In this document: in pieces, positions 30,930-42,281 of the stretch
Numbering within the stretch: the stretch's first letter is position 1
Layout: the number at the start of each line of letters is the position of its first letter
Assembly (NCBI GenBank): GCA_000092065.1
Contig: CP000590.1
From: Ostreococcus lucimarinus
Taxonomy: Eukaryota
DNA: 64,000 nucleotides
Strand: one strand, 5' to 3'
The notes under the pieces: model-generated
What the model was told of the DNA's origin: nothing
Database searches by the model: none
What the model saw: the letters and a program-made list of their open reading frames with translations, nothing else
Made by a program: the position numbers and the translations under genes

Positions 30930-32606
30930 TCAGAATATTTGCGCGTTTCCTTGGCGAAGATTTTCGTTATCGTCTCGTTCGTAAGCGACCACGTAGCACT
31001 CGCGTTCGAATTCTTGAAGCGAGTTGAAAATGAGCTCATCGCGCGCCACGTAGGAAGTCACGCGCTCGTCGTCGTAAGTCTTCCACGCCTTCGATTTGCG
31101 CTCGCGGATGTGCGCGACGAAGTGCCCGAGCTCAACCGTGTTCCCGTGGTGCGAGATGACGGCGAGCAAGTCGAACGGTCTCGTAGCCGCCACCGATCGC
31201 GTGTTGTGACGCTTCACACCCGGGGTATCGGGCGAACTTTTGGACGCGTTGTTAGCGTGTTCGAGATCCGAATCGTCTCCAGACGATTTGGGGACGACGA
31301 TTTCGGCGGCGGCGGATCCAGCGTGCATCAGCGACATCTTTGAAGGAAGACGAATCGAAGCCGTGAGCTTTTGCAAACGCAACACACCGCGCGCTATCAC
31401 CGCATTGAATCGCTTGAGGTGCAAGAGGAGGAATTTCGGCTCTGAGACGATTTGTCGAGTCGAGATTGCGAACAAGCATCCACACGAACACTTGCGTTCG
31501 AGCTTTTCTGGAATGAAGTACCGATCGAGCAGCGCGTCGACAGACTCGTTCTCGTCGATGATGAGCTGCAACGTCAGCATGTACATCGATTCGTCCATCA
31601 CGCTCCTTTCGCCGCAGCTGACGCACGATAGCGCGTGCTCGATGCGCCACGCGAAGTTTTGTCGACTCGGACAGTGCGCCGCGTCGTCACCCATTTCGCG
31701 CTCGATCGTGTCCAACATTTGCGTCATGAATTCCATTGCGTCGTGTTGATCGAACTCTCCGTACTCGTCCCGCACGCGACCCATTTCGCGCTTCACGCCC
31801 GACGCGCTCAACTCGCTCGCGTCCGATCTGAAAAACTCGCCGAGCGCGGCGAGTAACGGTTTACCGTCCTCGTCTCCAGACACCTCGTGAACCGACTCCA
31901 CGAATCCACGCATGCTTCGCAACAACTGCAAAGACGCGGCGATGTAGCACGAATTCCCTAAATTTTCAATCCCGCCCGTCTCGCGCGCCGGTCGCCGTCG
32001 CTCGCTCCGCGCCGTCTCGCGCTCCCACGCCGACATGTGCTTCCCCTCGCTCGCCACCCCTCGCCACATCTGCGCGTCGAACCCCTCGCATCGAGTCCTT
32101 TTCTTTCTCTCGTACGTCACGACGTCGTGATTCACGCGCGCCGCGCCGCGCGTGAACGATCGATCCCGGTCGCCGCCGTATCCGCGCGCTCGCGCCGCCT
32201 CGGTCGTCTCGGACCAATCGAGCGCGTTCGCCCGCCCCCACGCCTCCGTCGCGTCGCGCCGCATCGCCTCGTCGCGCCGGTACGCGTCGTCGATCGCGTC
32301 GTCCGCGATCGCGTCGTCCGCGAACGCGAACCACGCGCTGAGATCGCGCGCGTCGCTCGGCGACGCGTCGTCGAACAATCGTCGATTGGTGTCCTCGGAC
32401 GCGACGACGGGCGTCTTCAGCGGCAACGCGCCGCGGTTCGCGCGCGGTTCGCGCGGCGCGCGCGCGGCGCGCGCGCGTCTCGATTTCGCGCCGCCGTAGC
32501 CGCGGCCGCGGCCGCCGCCGCGCGCGCGCGCGTCGTCGTCGTCGTCGGTGACTCGCATCGAGTCGTCGCGAAGTGACTTCAGTCGGCGGCGCGCGGCGCG
32601 CGGCAT
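30930..32606 (-). CDS. ubiquitin carboxyl-terminal hydrolase (USP/UBP family C19 peptidase)
   Basis: Cys box GIENLGNSCYIAASLQLL. His box ISHHGNTVELGHFVAHIRERKSKAWKTYDDERV. A zinc-ribbon CSCG...CGC lies between them. The true start may be an internal Met, since the first ATG overlaps the PIG-C start on the other strand. Confidence 0.85.
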   Translation of the reverse strand: MPRAARRRLKSLRDDSMRVTDDDDDARARGGGRGRGYGGAKSRRARAARAPREPRANRGALPLKTPVVASEDTNRRLFDDASPSDARDLSAWFAFADDAIADDAIDDAYRRDEAMRRDATEAWGRANALDWSETTEAARARGYGGDRDRSFTRGAARVNHDVVTYERKKRTRCEGFDAQMWRGVASEGKHMSAWERETARSERRRPARETGGIENLGNSCYIAASLQLLRSMRGFVESVHEVSGDEDGKPLLAALGEFFRSDASELSASGVKREMGRVRDEYGEFDQHDAMEFMTQMLDTIEREMGDDAAHCPSRQNFAWRIEHALSCVSCGERSVMDESMYMLTLQLIIDENESVDALLDRYFIPEKLERKCSCGCLFAISTRQIVSEPKFLLLHLKRFNAVIARGVLRLQKLTASIRLPSKMSLMHAGSAAAEIVVPKSSGDDSDLEHANNASKSSPDTPGVKRHNTRSVAATRPFDLLAVISHHGNTVELGHFVAHIRERKSKAWKTYDDERVTSYVARDELIFNSLQEFERECYVVAYERDDNENLRQGNAQIF

Positions 32607-33567
32607 GCCGCGCGACGACGCGCGCGCGAGAGACTATCGCGTGCTCTACGACCGCGACGCGCGCGCGCTGCGCGATAATCACACCGATCCGCGGACGTTT
32701 CTCGCGCGCATGCGATTGAACAAAAGCGTCAAGACGCGGTCGTTCGCGACGAGCGCGCGCGCGGCGTGGACGATCTCGCAGCAGTGCGCGGTGGTGGTGA
32801 TACACAGCGGCGCGCACGGCGCGATCGCGGACGGCGCGGTGCGCGCGCGGACGCTGGTGCGGTGGGAGACGCGGGCGCTGGGCGTCGGGCTGGCGGCGTG
32901 GGCGCTGGGCGGCGACGGATCGAGCGCGGAGGGATCGGTGAAGCTCGGGCGCGCGGGAAGGGCGTGGCGGTCGATTCGATTGGGCGCGCTCACGCTCGGG
33001 GGGCTCGTGGCGCTGACGCCGCTGTGTCAGACGATGACGGCGGCGGTGAGCGACGATACGGCGGCGACGTGCGCGACGCTCGCGCTCGCGCTCTACGCCA
33101 TCACGTACGATTACGCGTTCGTGAATCTCGAGACGAAACAGCTCGCGAGTTCGTTTTCGCTCGGAGCGTCCATGTTCGCGTCGTTGCTCATGGCGAGTCG
33201 TTTGGACGATCCCGCGAGCGTCTTCGCCGACGTCTTGCTCGCGCTCGAGTGTTACGTGTTATCGCCGTACGTCTGGCGCGCCATTCGCGCCTTCTCCACG
33301 ACGCTTCATCTCGTCGTGGTGTTCGCACTACACATCATCGCGTTCACCGTCGCGCGGGCGCGCGACGAGACTTTGGCGTGGGCGTACGTCGTCGGCGTCT
33401 TTCTTCTCGCCGTCGTCGCGCCGGCGTCGCTCGTTCGGCTCGCCGCGAGCGGTAAGCGTCAAATCGCCGGTCCGTGGGACGAGGCGTTGCCCAAGCTGTA
33501 TTTATTCAAGGACACCGTGCGCGCGGCCGGGGTGCCGCGGTACCGCCACTGGGCGGCGAACAAGTAG
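32605..33567 (+). CDS. PIGC: phosphatidylinositol N-acetylglucosaminyltransferase subunit C (PIG-C/GPI2)
   Basis: YRVLYDRDARALRDNH (compare WQKVLYERQPFPDNYVD), SQQCAVVVI (compare IQQLCSVCVF), SLGASMFASLLMASRLDD (compare SLNMAIFASVCLASRLP), and the C-terminal QIAGPWDEALPK (compare NIHGPWDEA). Multi-TM protein. Confidence 0.8.
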   Translation: MPRDDARARDYRVLYDRDARALRDNHTDPRTFLARMRLNKSVKTRSFATSARAAWTISQQCAVVVIHSGAHGAIADGAVRARTLVRWETRALGVGLAAWALGGDGSSAEGSVKLGRAGRAWRSIRLGALTLGGLVALTPLCQTMTAAVSDDTAATCATLALALYAITYDYAFVNLETKQLASSFSLGASMFASLLMASRLDDPASVFADVLLALECYVLSPYVWRAIRAFSTTLHLVVVFALHIIAFTVARARDETLAWAYVVGVFLLAVVAPASLVRLAASGKRQIAGPWDEALPKLYLFKDTVRAAGVPRYRHWAANK

Positions 33568-33844
33568 CCTTAGCTCTCTAGCCGACGTCTCTCGCGCTCT
33601 CGCGCGCCGCGTCTGTAATTTCTTTCTTCTAAACCCTCAGTGTGGGTCCGGCGCTGAGATCGTCAGAGCGCGACGCCTCGCGCTTTCCAACTCGCGTCTT
33701 CGGCGATCGAGCGACGCAACACTTCCTCCCGCCGCGTCTCCGCGCGCGCGCTCGCCCCGAGCGCGCGCACCGCGCGCGGAAAGTGTCGTCTTCTCGAACG
33801 ATCGCGCCGAAGCACGAAATCTTGCGCGCGCATTTTCTCACGAA

Positions 33845-36800
33845 ATGAGCGTTCACGATCGGTTCCCGCACTCGACCGCGGAGCTGTGCCGCGTAAACGC
33901 GGTGCAGTTTGGGGTGTTGTCGCCCGATGAGATCGTACGTGCATCGAACGCGCGCGCGCGCGAAGCGAAGGCGCGAAAGAGCGCCGGCGCGGGAGATCTT
34001 CGAGAGGGCGAGGCGGCGAGGGCGAACGCGCGACGCGGGCGACGAAGGCGAGCGAGCGCGCACTGACCGAACGTGAAACTTTCGCGCGATAGCGTAAAAT
34101 GTCCGTGTGCGCGATCGAGACGAGCGAGACGTACGAGAAGGGTAGACCCAAGCGAGGGGGTTTGTCCGATCCGCGCATGGGGACGATGGATCGCGGCGCG
34201 GTGTGCGAGACGGACGGGTGCGACAGCGTGCAGACGCCGGGTTACTTTGGGCATCTTGAGTTGGCGAAACCGGTGTACCATCATGGGTTCATCAACGTCG
34301 TGTTGAGAATTCTGAGATGCGTCGGATACTCGTCTTCGCAATTGTTGCTGCACAAGGACGAGGACCCAAAGTTTGCGCAGTTGATGCGAATCAAGAACCC
34401 GAAAAACCGATTGAAGAAACTCACCGACGCGTGTAAAACCAAGAGCGTGTGTCCGTACACCGGGACGGCGCAACCGCAGTATCGTTTGGAGGGAATGAAG
34501 ATCACCGCCGAGTTCAAGCACCGCGACGAGGAGCTGTTGCCGGAAGGTGGCGAACGCAAGGTGATCGTCACCGCGGAGCGCGCGTTACAGATCTTGAAGG
34601 CGATTTCTGACGAGGATTGCCGTGCGCTGGGTCTCGACCCCGAGCACGCGCGTCCGGATTGGTTCATCTTGCAAGTGATGCCCGTGCCGCCGCCGCCGGT
34701 TCGTCCGTCGGTGTCGTTCGACGCTTCCACGCGCTCGGAGGACGATTTGACGGTCAAGCTCATGGAAATCGTGAGAACGAATAAAAATTTAGAGAGACAA
34801 GAACAAAATGGAGCGCCGCAGCACGTCATTTTAGAATTTACAGAGCTGCTTCAGTATCACATCATGACCTTCATGGACAACACGGTGGCTGGCATGCCGC
34901 GAGCGCTCACGCGCAGCGGCCGAAGCATTAAATCCATTTCAGAGCGTTTGAAGGGCAAGGCGGGTAGAATTCGAGGCAACTTGATGGGTAAGCGCGTGGA
35001 TTTCTCTGCGCGTACCGTCATTACGCCCGATCCAAACTTGATGCTCGACGAGCTCGGAGTTCCGTGGTCCATCGCGTTGAACATGACGTATCCGGAAACC
35101 GTGACGCCGTACAACATCGATCGCCTTCAACGATTGGTCGAGAACGGCCCGCATCCACCTCCTGGTGAGACCGGTGCGCGTTACATCATTCGTGAGGATG
35201 GTCAGCGACTCGATCTTCGCTTCTTGAAGAAGTCGAGCGAGAAGCGTCTCGAGTACGGTTACAAAGTTGAACGTCACATGGTGAACGGAGACGTCGTCCT
35301 GTTCAATCGTCAACCTTCTTTGCACAAGATGTCCATCATGGGTCATCGCGTCCGAATCATGCCTTACTCGACGTTCAGATTGAACTTGTCTGTCACGCCG
35401 CCATACAACGCTGATTTTGATGGGGATGAAATGAACATGCACCTTCCGCAGTCTTACGAGACACGCGCGGAGGTGAAGGAGTTGATGATGGTACCGAAAA
35501 TGATCGTATCGCCCCAGGCCAACAAGCCCGTGATGGCTATCGTGCAAGACACCTTGTTGGGTTGCCGCTTGATCACGAAGCGCGACACCTTCATCACAAA
35601 GGACGTCTTCATGAACATCATCATGTGGTTGGAGGATTGGGACGGGAAGGTGCCGAAGCCGGCTATCCTCAAACCCCAACCTTTGTGGACTGGTAAACAA
35701 GTGTTTTCGATGATGTTACCGAAGGTGAACTTGCTTCGCACGAGTGCGTGGGCCAAGGACTCCGACGACATGGCTTTCAGCGTGGACGACACCGGTGTCC
35801 GAATTGAACAAGGCGAATTGCTCACCGGGACGCTGTGCAAGAAGACTATGGGTAGCGGCGGTGGCGGTTTGATCCACGTGACCTGGGAAGAGTGGGGTCC
35901 CATCGCCGCACGCGGGCTCATCTCTCAGACGCAGACGCTCGTCAACTACTGGGTGCTCCACCACGGTTTCACCGTCGGCATTGCGGATACCATTGCGGAC
36001 GACGAGACAATGTTCTCCATTAACAACACCATCACCAAGGCTAAAGCTGACGTGAAGGAAGTCATCAAACTCGCACAAAACAATGAACTCGAGTTGCAAC
36101 CGGGTATGACGATGCAACAATCGTTCGAACAGAAGGTGAACCAAATCTTGAACAAGGCGCGTGATAACGCTGGTAACTCGGCGCAAAACTCGCTTATGGA
36201 TACCAACAATGTCAAGATGATGGTGACGGCCGGTTCGAAGGGTTCGTTCTTGAACATTTCGCAGATGATTGCGTGTGTAGGACAACAAAACGTAGAAGGA
36301 AAACGTATTCCGTACGGTTTCAAAGGCAGAACATTGCCGCACTTTAGCAAGGATGATTTCGGTCCCGAGTCGCGTGGTTTCGTCGAGAACTCGTATTTGC
36401 GTGGTTTGACTCCTCAGGAGTTCTTTTTCCACGCCATGGGTGGCCGAGAAGGTTTGATCGATACTGCAGTTAAGACGTCTGAAACTGGTTACATCCAACG
36501 TCGTCTTGTCAAGGCTATGGAGGACGTGGTTGTCAAGTACGACGGCACTGTGCGTAACAGCGTCGGCGACGTCATCCAGTTCTTGTACGGCGAGGACGGC
36601 ATGGACGCGACCATGATTGAAAGCCAATCCATCGATACGTTGCGTTTCAGCGTGAAGGAGTTCGCGGCGAAGTTCCACATCGATCCAGATGTCCCGGGCT
36701 TTAACAATGGCTGGTTGAGCGAGGAGCAAGCGAGCGAACTCGCGCACACTGCAAAGGTGCGCGAGATTCTTGACGCAGAATGGGATCGACTTCAGCGCGA

Positions 36801-38943
36801 CCGAGTCGAACTGCGAACGATTTGTCCCACAGGGGATCCTCACGTGCACTTACCAGTGAACATGAAGCGTATCTTGTGGAATGCACAAAAGCAGTACGGC
36901 CTGTACCGACCGGATTCTGGCGAAGAAGAGGTCAAGGTGACGCACATCATCGAGAGCGTCGCTGAACTTTTGCCGAAGCTCATCGTGGTGCCTGGTACAG
37001 ATCCGTTATCCGTCGAAGCGCAAAGAAACGGTACGATGCTATTTTTCGCGCACGTGCGCGCCAATTTGGCAGCCAAGCGCGTGCTGAAAGAACACAAGCT
37101 CACGCGCGCCGGCTTCGACTGGGTCATCGGCGAAATCGAATCACGCTTCAAGATGGCACTTGCGCCGCCCGGTGATGGTATTGGCACGGTTGCCGCGCAA
37201 TCAATCGGTGAGCCGGCGACGCAGATGACGTTGAATACGTTCCACTTCGCCGGTGTGTCCGCCAAGAACGTGACCCTTGGTGTGCCGCGCTTGAAAGAAA
37301 TCATCAACATCGCGAAGAGCATCAAGACGCCAAGCTTGACGATCGCACTCAAGCCAGAGTTAGCTGGTGACAGAACGAGAGCGAAGGACTGTCAAGCGAG
37401 CCTAGAGTACACCACGCTCCACAGCGTTGCCGCAGTCACCGAGGTTCACTACGATCCAGATCCCACGGACACTGTCATCGAGGAAGACCGCGAATTCGTT
37501 CGCGCGTACTACGAAATGCCAGACGAAGACGTTGACCCGTCGCGCATGTCCCCATGGTTGTTGCGTATCGAGCTTAACCGTGAGATGATGGTAGACAAGA
37601 AGCTCCTCATGGCGGATGTTGCGGAGAGAATCAACGAAGATTTCGCCGGCGACTTGAGCTGCATCTTCAACGACGACAACTCTGAAAAGTTGGTGTTGAG
37701 AATTAGAATCATGAACCCCGAAGGCGTGAAATACGAGGACGCCTCGACCGAGGACGAAGTATTCTTGAAGCGTCTCGAGACGCAGATGTTGAGCAACCTT
37801 GCATTGCGCGGTATTCCAGACATTAAGAAGGTTTTCATCCGCGAAGCCAAACAAAACGCCATCAACAGCAAGACGGAGCTCTTCGAGAAAACCACCGAGT
37901 GGATGTTGGACACCGAAGGCGTCAACTTGCTCGAAGTCATGGCACATCCGGACGTCGACTTCACGAGAACTACATCTAACCACTTGATTGAAGTGATTCA
38001 AGTTCTTGGCATCGAAGCGGTGCGCAATACGCTCTTGCGTGAGTTGCGTGGTGTGATTGAGTTCGACGGTTCGTACGTGAACTACAGACATCTCGCGATT
38101 CTCGTCGAAGTGATGACATACCGTGGTCACTTGATGTCGATTACGCGACACGGCATCAACCGCGTGGAGACCGGTCCGCTCATGCGCTGCAGCTTCGAAG
38201 AAACTGTCGACATTCTCATGGAGGCGTCGGCGTTCTCTGAGCGAGACAATATGACTGGGCCGAGCGAGAATATCATGCTCGGGCAGTTCTGTCCGATCGG
38301 TACCGGGGAGTTCAAGCTGCACTTGAACGACGAGTTGTTACAAGATGCAGTTGAGTTAGAACTGTTCGGGGATGGATCTAGGACCCCTGGACACGGCGGA
38401 ATGATGACGCCGGGGCGCGATGGAACGCCCGGTTGGGGATCAAAGTCGCCGAGTTTCTTGTTGAGTCCAGGTGGACATCAAAGTCCGTTCGATACAAGCA
38501 TGGCATTCTCGCCGTACTCCGATGGCATGGCGTTCTCACCGGGAATGTCCCCTGGTGGTTTTGGAGGTTACTCCCCCACGAGTCCAGCGTATTCTCCGAC
38601 GAGCCCAGCATACTCCCCCACGAGTCCGGCGTACTCGCCCACGAGCCCAGCGTACTCGCCCACGAGTCCAGCGTACTCGCCCACGAGCCCGGCTTACTCG
38701 CCCACGAGTCCAGCGTACTCCCCCACGAGTCCAGCGTACTCCCCCACGAGTCCGGCGTACTCGCCCACGAGCCCAGCGTACTCGCCCACGAGTCCAGCGT
38801 ACTCGCCCACGAGCCCGGCTTACTCGCCCACGAGTCCAGCGTACTCCCCCACGAGTCCAGCGTACTCCCCCACGAGTCCGGCGTACTCGCCCACGAGCCC
38901 AGCGTACTCCCCGAAAGAGGAAGAAGAAAACGAAGAAGAATAG
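33845..38943 (+). CDS. RPB1: DNA-directed RNA polymerase II largest subunit RPB1, 2 exons: 33845..33934, 34093..38943; CTD of 16 perfect YSPTSPA heptads
   Basis: Exon 1 encodes ...VNAVQFGVLSPDEI. Exon 2 continues RKMSVCAIETSE..., which restores the conserved VQFGxLSPDEIRxMSV. All RPB1 regions A-H are recognisable (NADFDGDEMN metal-binding site and others). The C-terminus holds tandem YSPTSPA repeats ending YSPKEEEENEEE. Confidence 0.93.
33935..34092 (+). other. RPB1 intron (158 nt, phase 0)
   Basis: Donor GTACGTG, branch-like GCACTGACC 30 nt before the acceptor GATAG. Confidence 0.85.
38569..38904 (+). repeat. RPB1 CTD heptad array: 16 x 21-bp units encoding YSPTSPA, containing a perfect 126-bp (6-heptad) tandem duplication (38632..38757 = 38758..38883)
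   Basis: Unit-by-unit reading shows synonymous variation between neighbouring heptads. The 6-unit block is repeated identically, and a 7th identical unit starts a third copy. Confidence 0.9.
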
Positions 38944-39048
38944 AGGAAAGGAGACAACTGTTTGTTTTAATGCATCACTGCACAGTTACGTTGCACAAGA
39001 TTTTGTTTACAACAACTTTCGGCGCCGCGCTCGATTATAATAAACTGT

Positions 39049-40572
39049 TCACAGTTTTGACTGTGGGCGCGTCATTTCTTCAGGCTTTATCCATTCATCG
39101 AACTGTTCGTTCGTCAGTAAACCGAGCGCGATGCCAGCTTCGCGTAAAGTTAAACCTTCGGCGTGTGCTTTTTTCGAAATTTTTGCGGCGTTGTCGTACC
39201 CGATCTTCGGCAGCAAGCTGGTGACGAGCATTAAGCTGCTTCGCATGAGCGCGTCGATGCGCTCGATGTTTGGTTCGATACCAACGACGCAGTTTTGCGT
39301 GAAGCTGATGACCGAATCAGAAAGGAGCGCGATGGAGTTCAGGTTGTTGTGAGCGATCAGAGGCTTAGCTACGTTGAGCTCAAAGTGGGAGCTCGCGGAA
39401 CCGCCGATGGTGACCGCGAGATCGTTACCGATGACTTGCGCGCACACCTGCATCAGACTTTCGCACTGCGTCGGGTTCACCTTACCAGGCATGATACTGC
39501 TTCCGGGCTCGTTTTCAGGCAGCTGAAGTTCGCCGAGTCCGGCGCGAGGTCCAGAGCCGAGAAGACGAATATCGTTGGCAATTTTCAACAACGAAATCGC
39601 GATAGTCTTCAACAGACCGGACAGCGCGGACTGCGCGTCGTGTGCGGCGAGCGCCTCAAACTTATTTGGCGCGCTCACGAACGGCAAACCGGTTAATAGG
39701 GAGATTTCCGCCGCCATCGCCTCGCCGAAACCTGGTGGCGAGTTTAGCCCCGTGCCGACGGCGGTGCCGCCGATGGCGAGCTCGAGCAAGTGAATGAGCG
39801 CACCTTTGGCGCGCACGAGAGAATTCTTGCACTGTTGCTCGTACCCACTGAATTCTTGCGCGAGCGTGATCGGGACGGCGTCTTGAAGATGCGTTCTGCC
39901 GATTTTCACTATGCCTCCCCACGCGAGCACTTTCTGGTGCAACGCCTCCTGCAGCATTTTCAACGCCGGAATCAGCCGCTCTTGCACTTCGTGCGCGGTG
40001 GCGATGGACATAGCGGTCGGAAACGTATCGTTACTCGACTGCGATTTGTTGACGTGATCGTTCGGGTGAATCGGAGACTTGGTCCCGACGGCGCCGCCGA
40101 GCACGCGCGAATTCGCGTAATTCGAGATGACCTCGTTCAGATTCATGTTCGTCTGCGTCCCACTTCCCGTTTGCCACACGGCGAGCGGAAAATGATCATC
40201 CAACCGTCCCTCCACCACCTCCCGCGCCGCCTTTCGAATCGCATCCGCCAATCTCGGCTCCAGTCCCCCCGCCCGTTCGTTCACCGTCGCCGCCGCGTAC
40301 TTGACGATGGCCAAGCTTCGCACGATCGCCACCGGCATCTTCTCCCCCCCGATCCTAAAATTCTGCAGCGACCGCTGCGTCTGCGCCCCCCACAGCTTAT
40401 CCGCGGGCACGCGCACCTCTCCCATCGTGTCCGTCTCGACGCGCCACCCGCGCTCGCCCTCACCGCTCGCCGTCGTCGTCGGCGCGAGCGACGTCCCGTG
40501 CGCGACGATCCGCGTCTCGTCCCGCGCGTTCGACGCCCGCATCAGCTCCACCAACCGCTCCGCGAACGGCAT
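39049..40572 (-). CDS. FUM: fumarate hydratase class II (fumarase C), mitochondrial-type presequence
   Basis: [15 protein letters not shown] signature. Conserved along the whole length ([30 protein letters not shown] and others). Confidence 0.93.
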   Translation of the reverse strand: MPFAERLVELMRASNARDETRIVAHGTSLAPTTTASGEGERGWRVETDTMGEVRVPADKLWGAQTQRSLQNFRIGGEKMPVAIVRSLAIVKYAAATVNERAGGLEPRLADAIRKAAREVVEGRLDDHFPLAVWQTGSGTQTNMNLNEVISNYANSRVLGGAVGTKSPIHPNDHVNKSQSSNDTFPTAMSIATAHEVQERLIPALKMLQEALHQKVLAWGGIVKIGRTHLQDAVPITLAQEFSGYEQQCKNSLVRAKGALIHLLELAIGGTAVGTGLNSPPGFGEAMAAEISLLTGLPFVSAPNKFEALAAHDAQSALSGLLKTIAISLLKIANDIRLLGSGPRAGLGELQLPENEPGSSIMPGKVNPTQCESLMQVCAQVIGNDLAVTIGGSASSHFELNVAKPLIAHNNLNSIALLSDSVISFTQNCVVGIEPNIERIDALMRSSLMLVTSLLPKIGYDNAAKISKKAHAEGLTLREAGIALGLLTNEQFDEWIKPEEMTRPQSKL

Positions 40573-41217
40573 CGCCTCTCGCGCGTCGCGTCGACCCGGT
40601 CGCGAGGATTCGATTCAATCCGCGTAACGACCCGCGTCGCGTCGCGCGCGCCGACTCGATCGAATCCTCGCGCGCGCGTCGCGCGTCGCGCGCGTCGCGT
40701 CGCTCGCGCGCGAACGGCGCGTCGCGCCCGTTTTTTATTCGCCGTCCGCGGCGTTCGCGCGTCGACGCGTGCCGACGCCGCGTCGCGTCGCGTCGCGCGA
40801 CGCGTCGACGCGGCCGTTCGCGAATCGCGACGGTCGCGCGCGGCGCGCGAATCGACGTCGCCGCGCCCCGCGCGCGCGCGGCGCGACGCCCGCGACGCGC
40901 GCGACGGCGCGCGAAAATTTTTATCGCGCGTTTCGCGTCGACGCGCGCGCGCCGGGCGTCGCGACGGCGATGCGGCGGCGCATCGCGCGCGCATCGCGCG
41001 CGCATCGCGCGTCCGCGACGCGCGGCACTGCGCGCCTCGCGACGTCTCGCGCGTCGATCCGACCGACGCGCGCGCGGACGGACGAAGAGCTCGGCGACGC
41101 GCGCGGCGCGGACGCACGACGAGCGCGGCGCGCGTCATCGCGCGCGTCGCGCGCGCGCGCGGCGCGAGCGCGAGGGGCGCGCGCGACGGACGGCGACGCG
41201 CGGCGACGACGCGCGCG
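40573..41217. promoter_or_regulatory. CG-dinucleotide-rich simple-sequence divergent intergenic region between fumarase (-) and MYG1 (+) starts; presumed bidirectional promoter
   Basis: 645 bp made almost entirely of cgcgcg/gacgcg motifs. It lies between two head-to-head start codons. All long ORFs here are Arg-rich artefacts. Confidence 0.4.
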
Positions 41218-42231
41218 ATGACGAACGAGGCGAAGCGGACGAAGGCGCAGACGACGATCGCGACGCACGACGGCGCGTTTCACTGCGACGAGGCGCTCGG
41301 GTGTCACCTGCTGCGAAGGACGCGCGCGTTCGCGGGCGCGGCGATCGACCGCTCGCGAGACGGCGAGCGATGGGCCAAGGCGGACGTCGTCATCGACGTC
41401 GGCGCGGTGTACGACGCGGAGAAGAGGCTGTACGATCATCATCAGCGGGAGTTCGCGGAGACGTTCGGACGGGGGTTCGGGACGAAGCTGTCGAGCGCGG
41501 GGTTGGTGTACAAGCACTACGGGGAGGAAATCGTGCGCGAGGCGTTGACGCGAGCGAAGCGCGGCGAGGCGCCGGATGAGAAGACGGTGGAGAAGATTTA
41601 CGTGAAGATGTACGAAGAATTCATCGAGGGCGTGGACGCGATCGATAACGGGGTGAACATGTACGATACGGATGCGAAGGCAAAGTACAAGGACAACACC
41701 GGGTTGTCGGCGCGCGTCAAGCGATTGAATCCGGCGTGGGACGAGCCCAATTCGCCGGAAAAGCAAATGGAACAGTTCGAAAAGGCGGTGGCGTTGACCG
41801 GGGGTGAGTTCGACGACGTGCTCGAGTACTACGCGAGTAAGTGGCTTCCCGCGCGCTCGCACGTGGAGAGCGCGCTCGACAAGGCGAAGAGCGTGCACGA
41901 GAGCGGCGAAATTCTTTACCTCGAGACATTTTGTCCGTGGAAAGAGCACCTTTACGAGCTCGAAGCCGAACGTCAGATGACGACGTTGCCGAAGTTTGTG
42001 TTGTGGCAAGACCCCAAAGGTTTCCGCGTGAGCACGATCTCCCTCTCGCCCTCGAGTTTTGAGTTTCGCAAAGGCTTGCCTACGGCGTGGCGCGGTCTTC
42101 GCGACGATGACTTGAGCAAGGCGTCGGGGATTCCGGGATGCGTGTTCATCCACGCCGCTGGATTCATCGGTGGCAACGCCACCTACGATGGCGCGCTCGC
42201 CATGGCCGTAGCGGGCTTACAGATGGATTAG
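41218..42231 (+). CDS. MYG1: UPF0160 protein MYG1 (metal-dependent protein hydrolase family)
   Basis: IATHDGAFHCDEALGCHLL N-terminal motif and overall length match the MYG1 family. The ORF track merges it into an 813-aa ORF whose upstream part is antisense to fumarase. Confidence 0.85.
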   Translation: MTNEAKRTKAQTTIATHDGAFHCDEALGCHLLRRTRAFAGAAIDRSRDGERWAKADVVIDVGAVYDAEKRLYDHHQREFAETFGRGFGTKLSSAGLVYKHYGEEIVREALTRAKRGEAPDEKTVEKIYVKMYEEFIEGVDAIDNGVNMYDTDAKAKYKDNTGLSARVKRLNPAWDEPNSPEKQMEQFEKAVALTGGEFDDVLEYYASKWLPARSHVESALDKAKSVHESGEILYLETFCPWKEHLYELEAERQMTTLPKFVLWQDPKGFRVSTISLSPSSFEFRKGLPTAWRGLRDDDLSKASGIPGCVFIHAAGFIGGNATYDGALAMAVAGLQMD

Positions 42232-42281
42232 AAGACAGACGATTTTAGAGACGCGCTTGTTGTCGTACGAACCCTCACAAC

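Noticed and set aside
32604-32607. Literal 2-4 nt overlap of divergent coding regions at CATG sites (32604-32607 and 58246-58249)
   Set aside because: More likely one partner uses an internal Met (signal-anchor proteins) than a true overlap. Kept only as a note for TSS verification.
33629-34521. Minus ORFs 33629..34063, 33663..34178 and 33853..34521
   Set aside because: Antisense to RPB1 exon 1, its intron and the start of exon 2.
39790-41217. 5' 1.4 kb of the 813-aa plus ORF 39790..42231
   Set aside because: Antisense of fumarase plus the CG-simple-sequence island. The real gene (MYG1) starts at the Met at 41218.
40281-42153. Minus ORFs 40460..41005, 40542..41138 and 40921..42153
   Set aside because: Arg-rich translations of the CG island, or antisense of MYG1.
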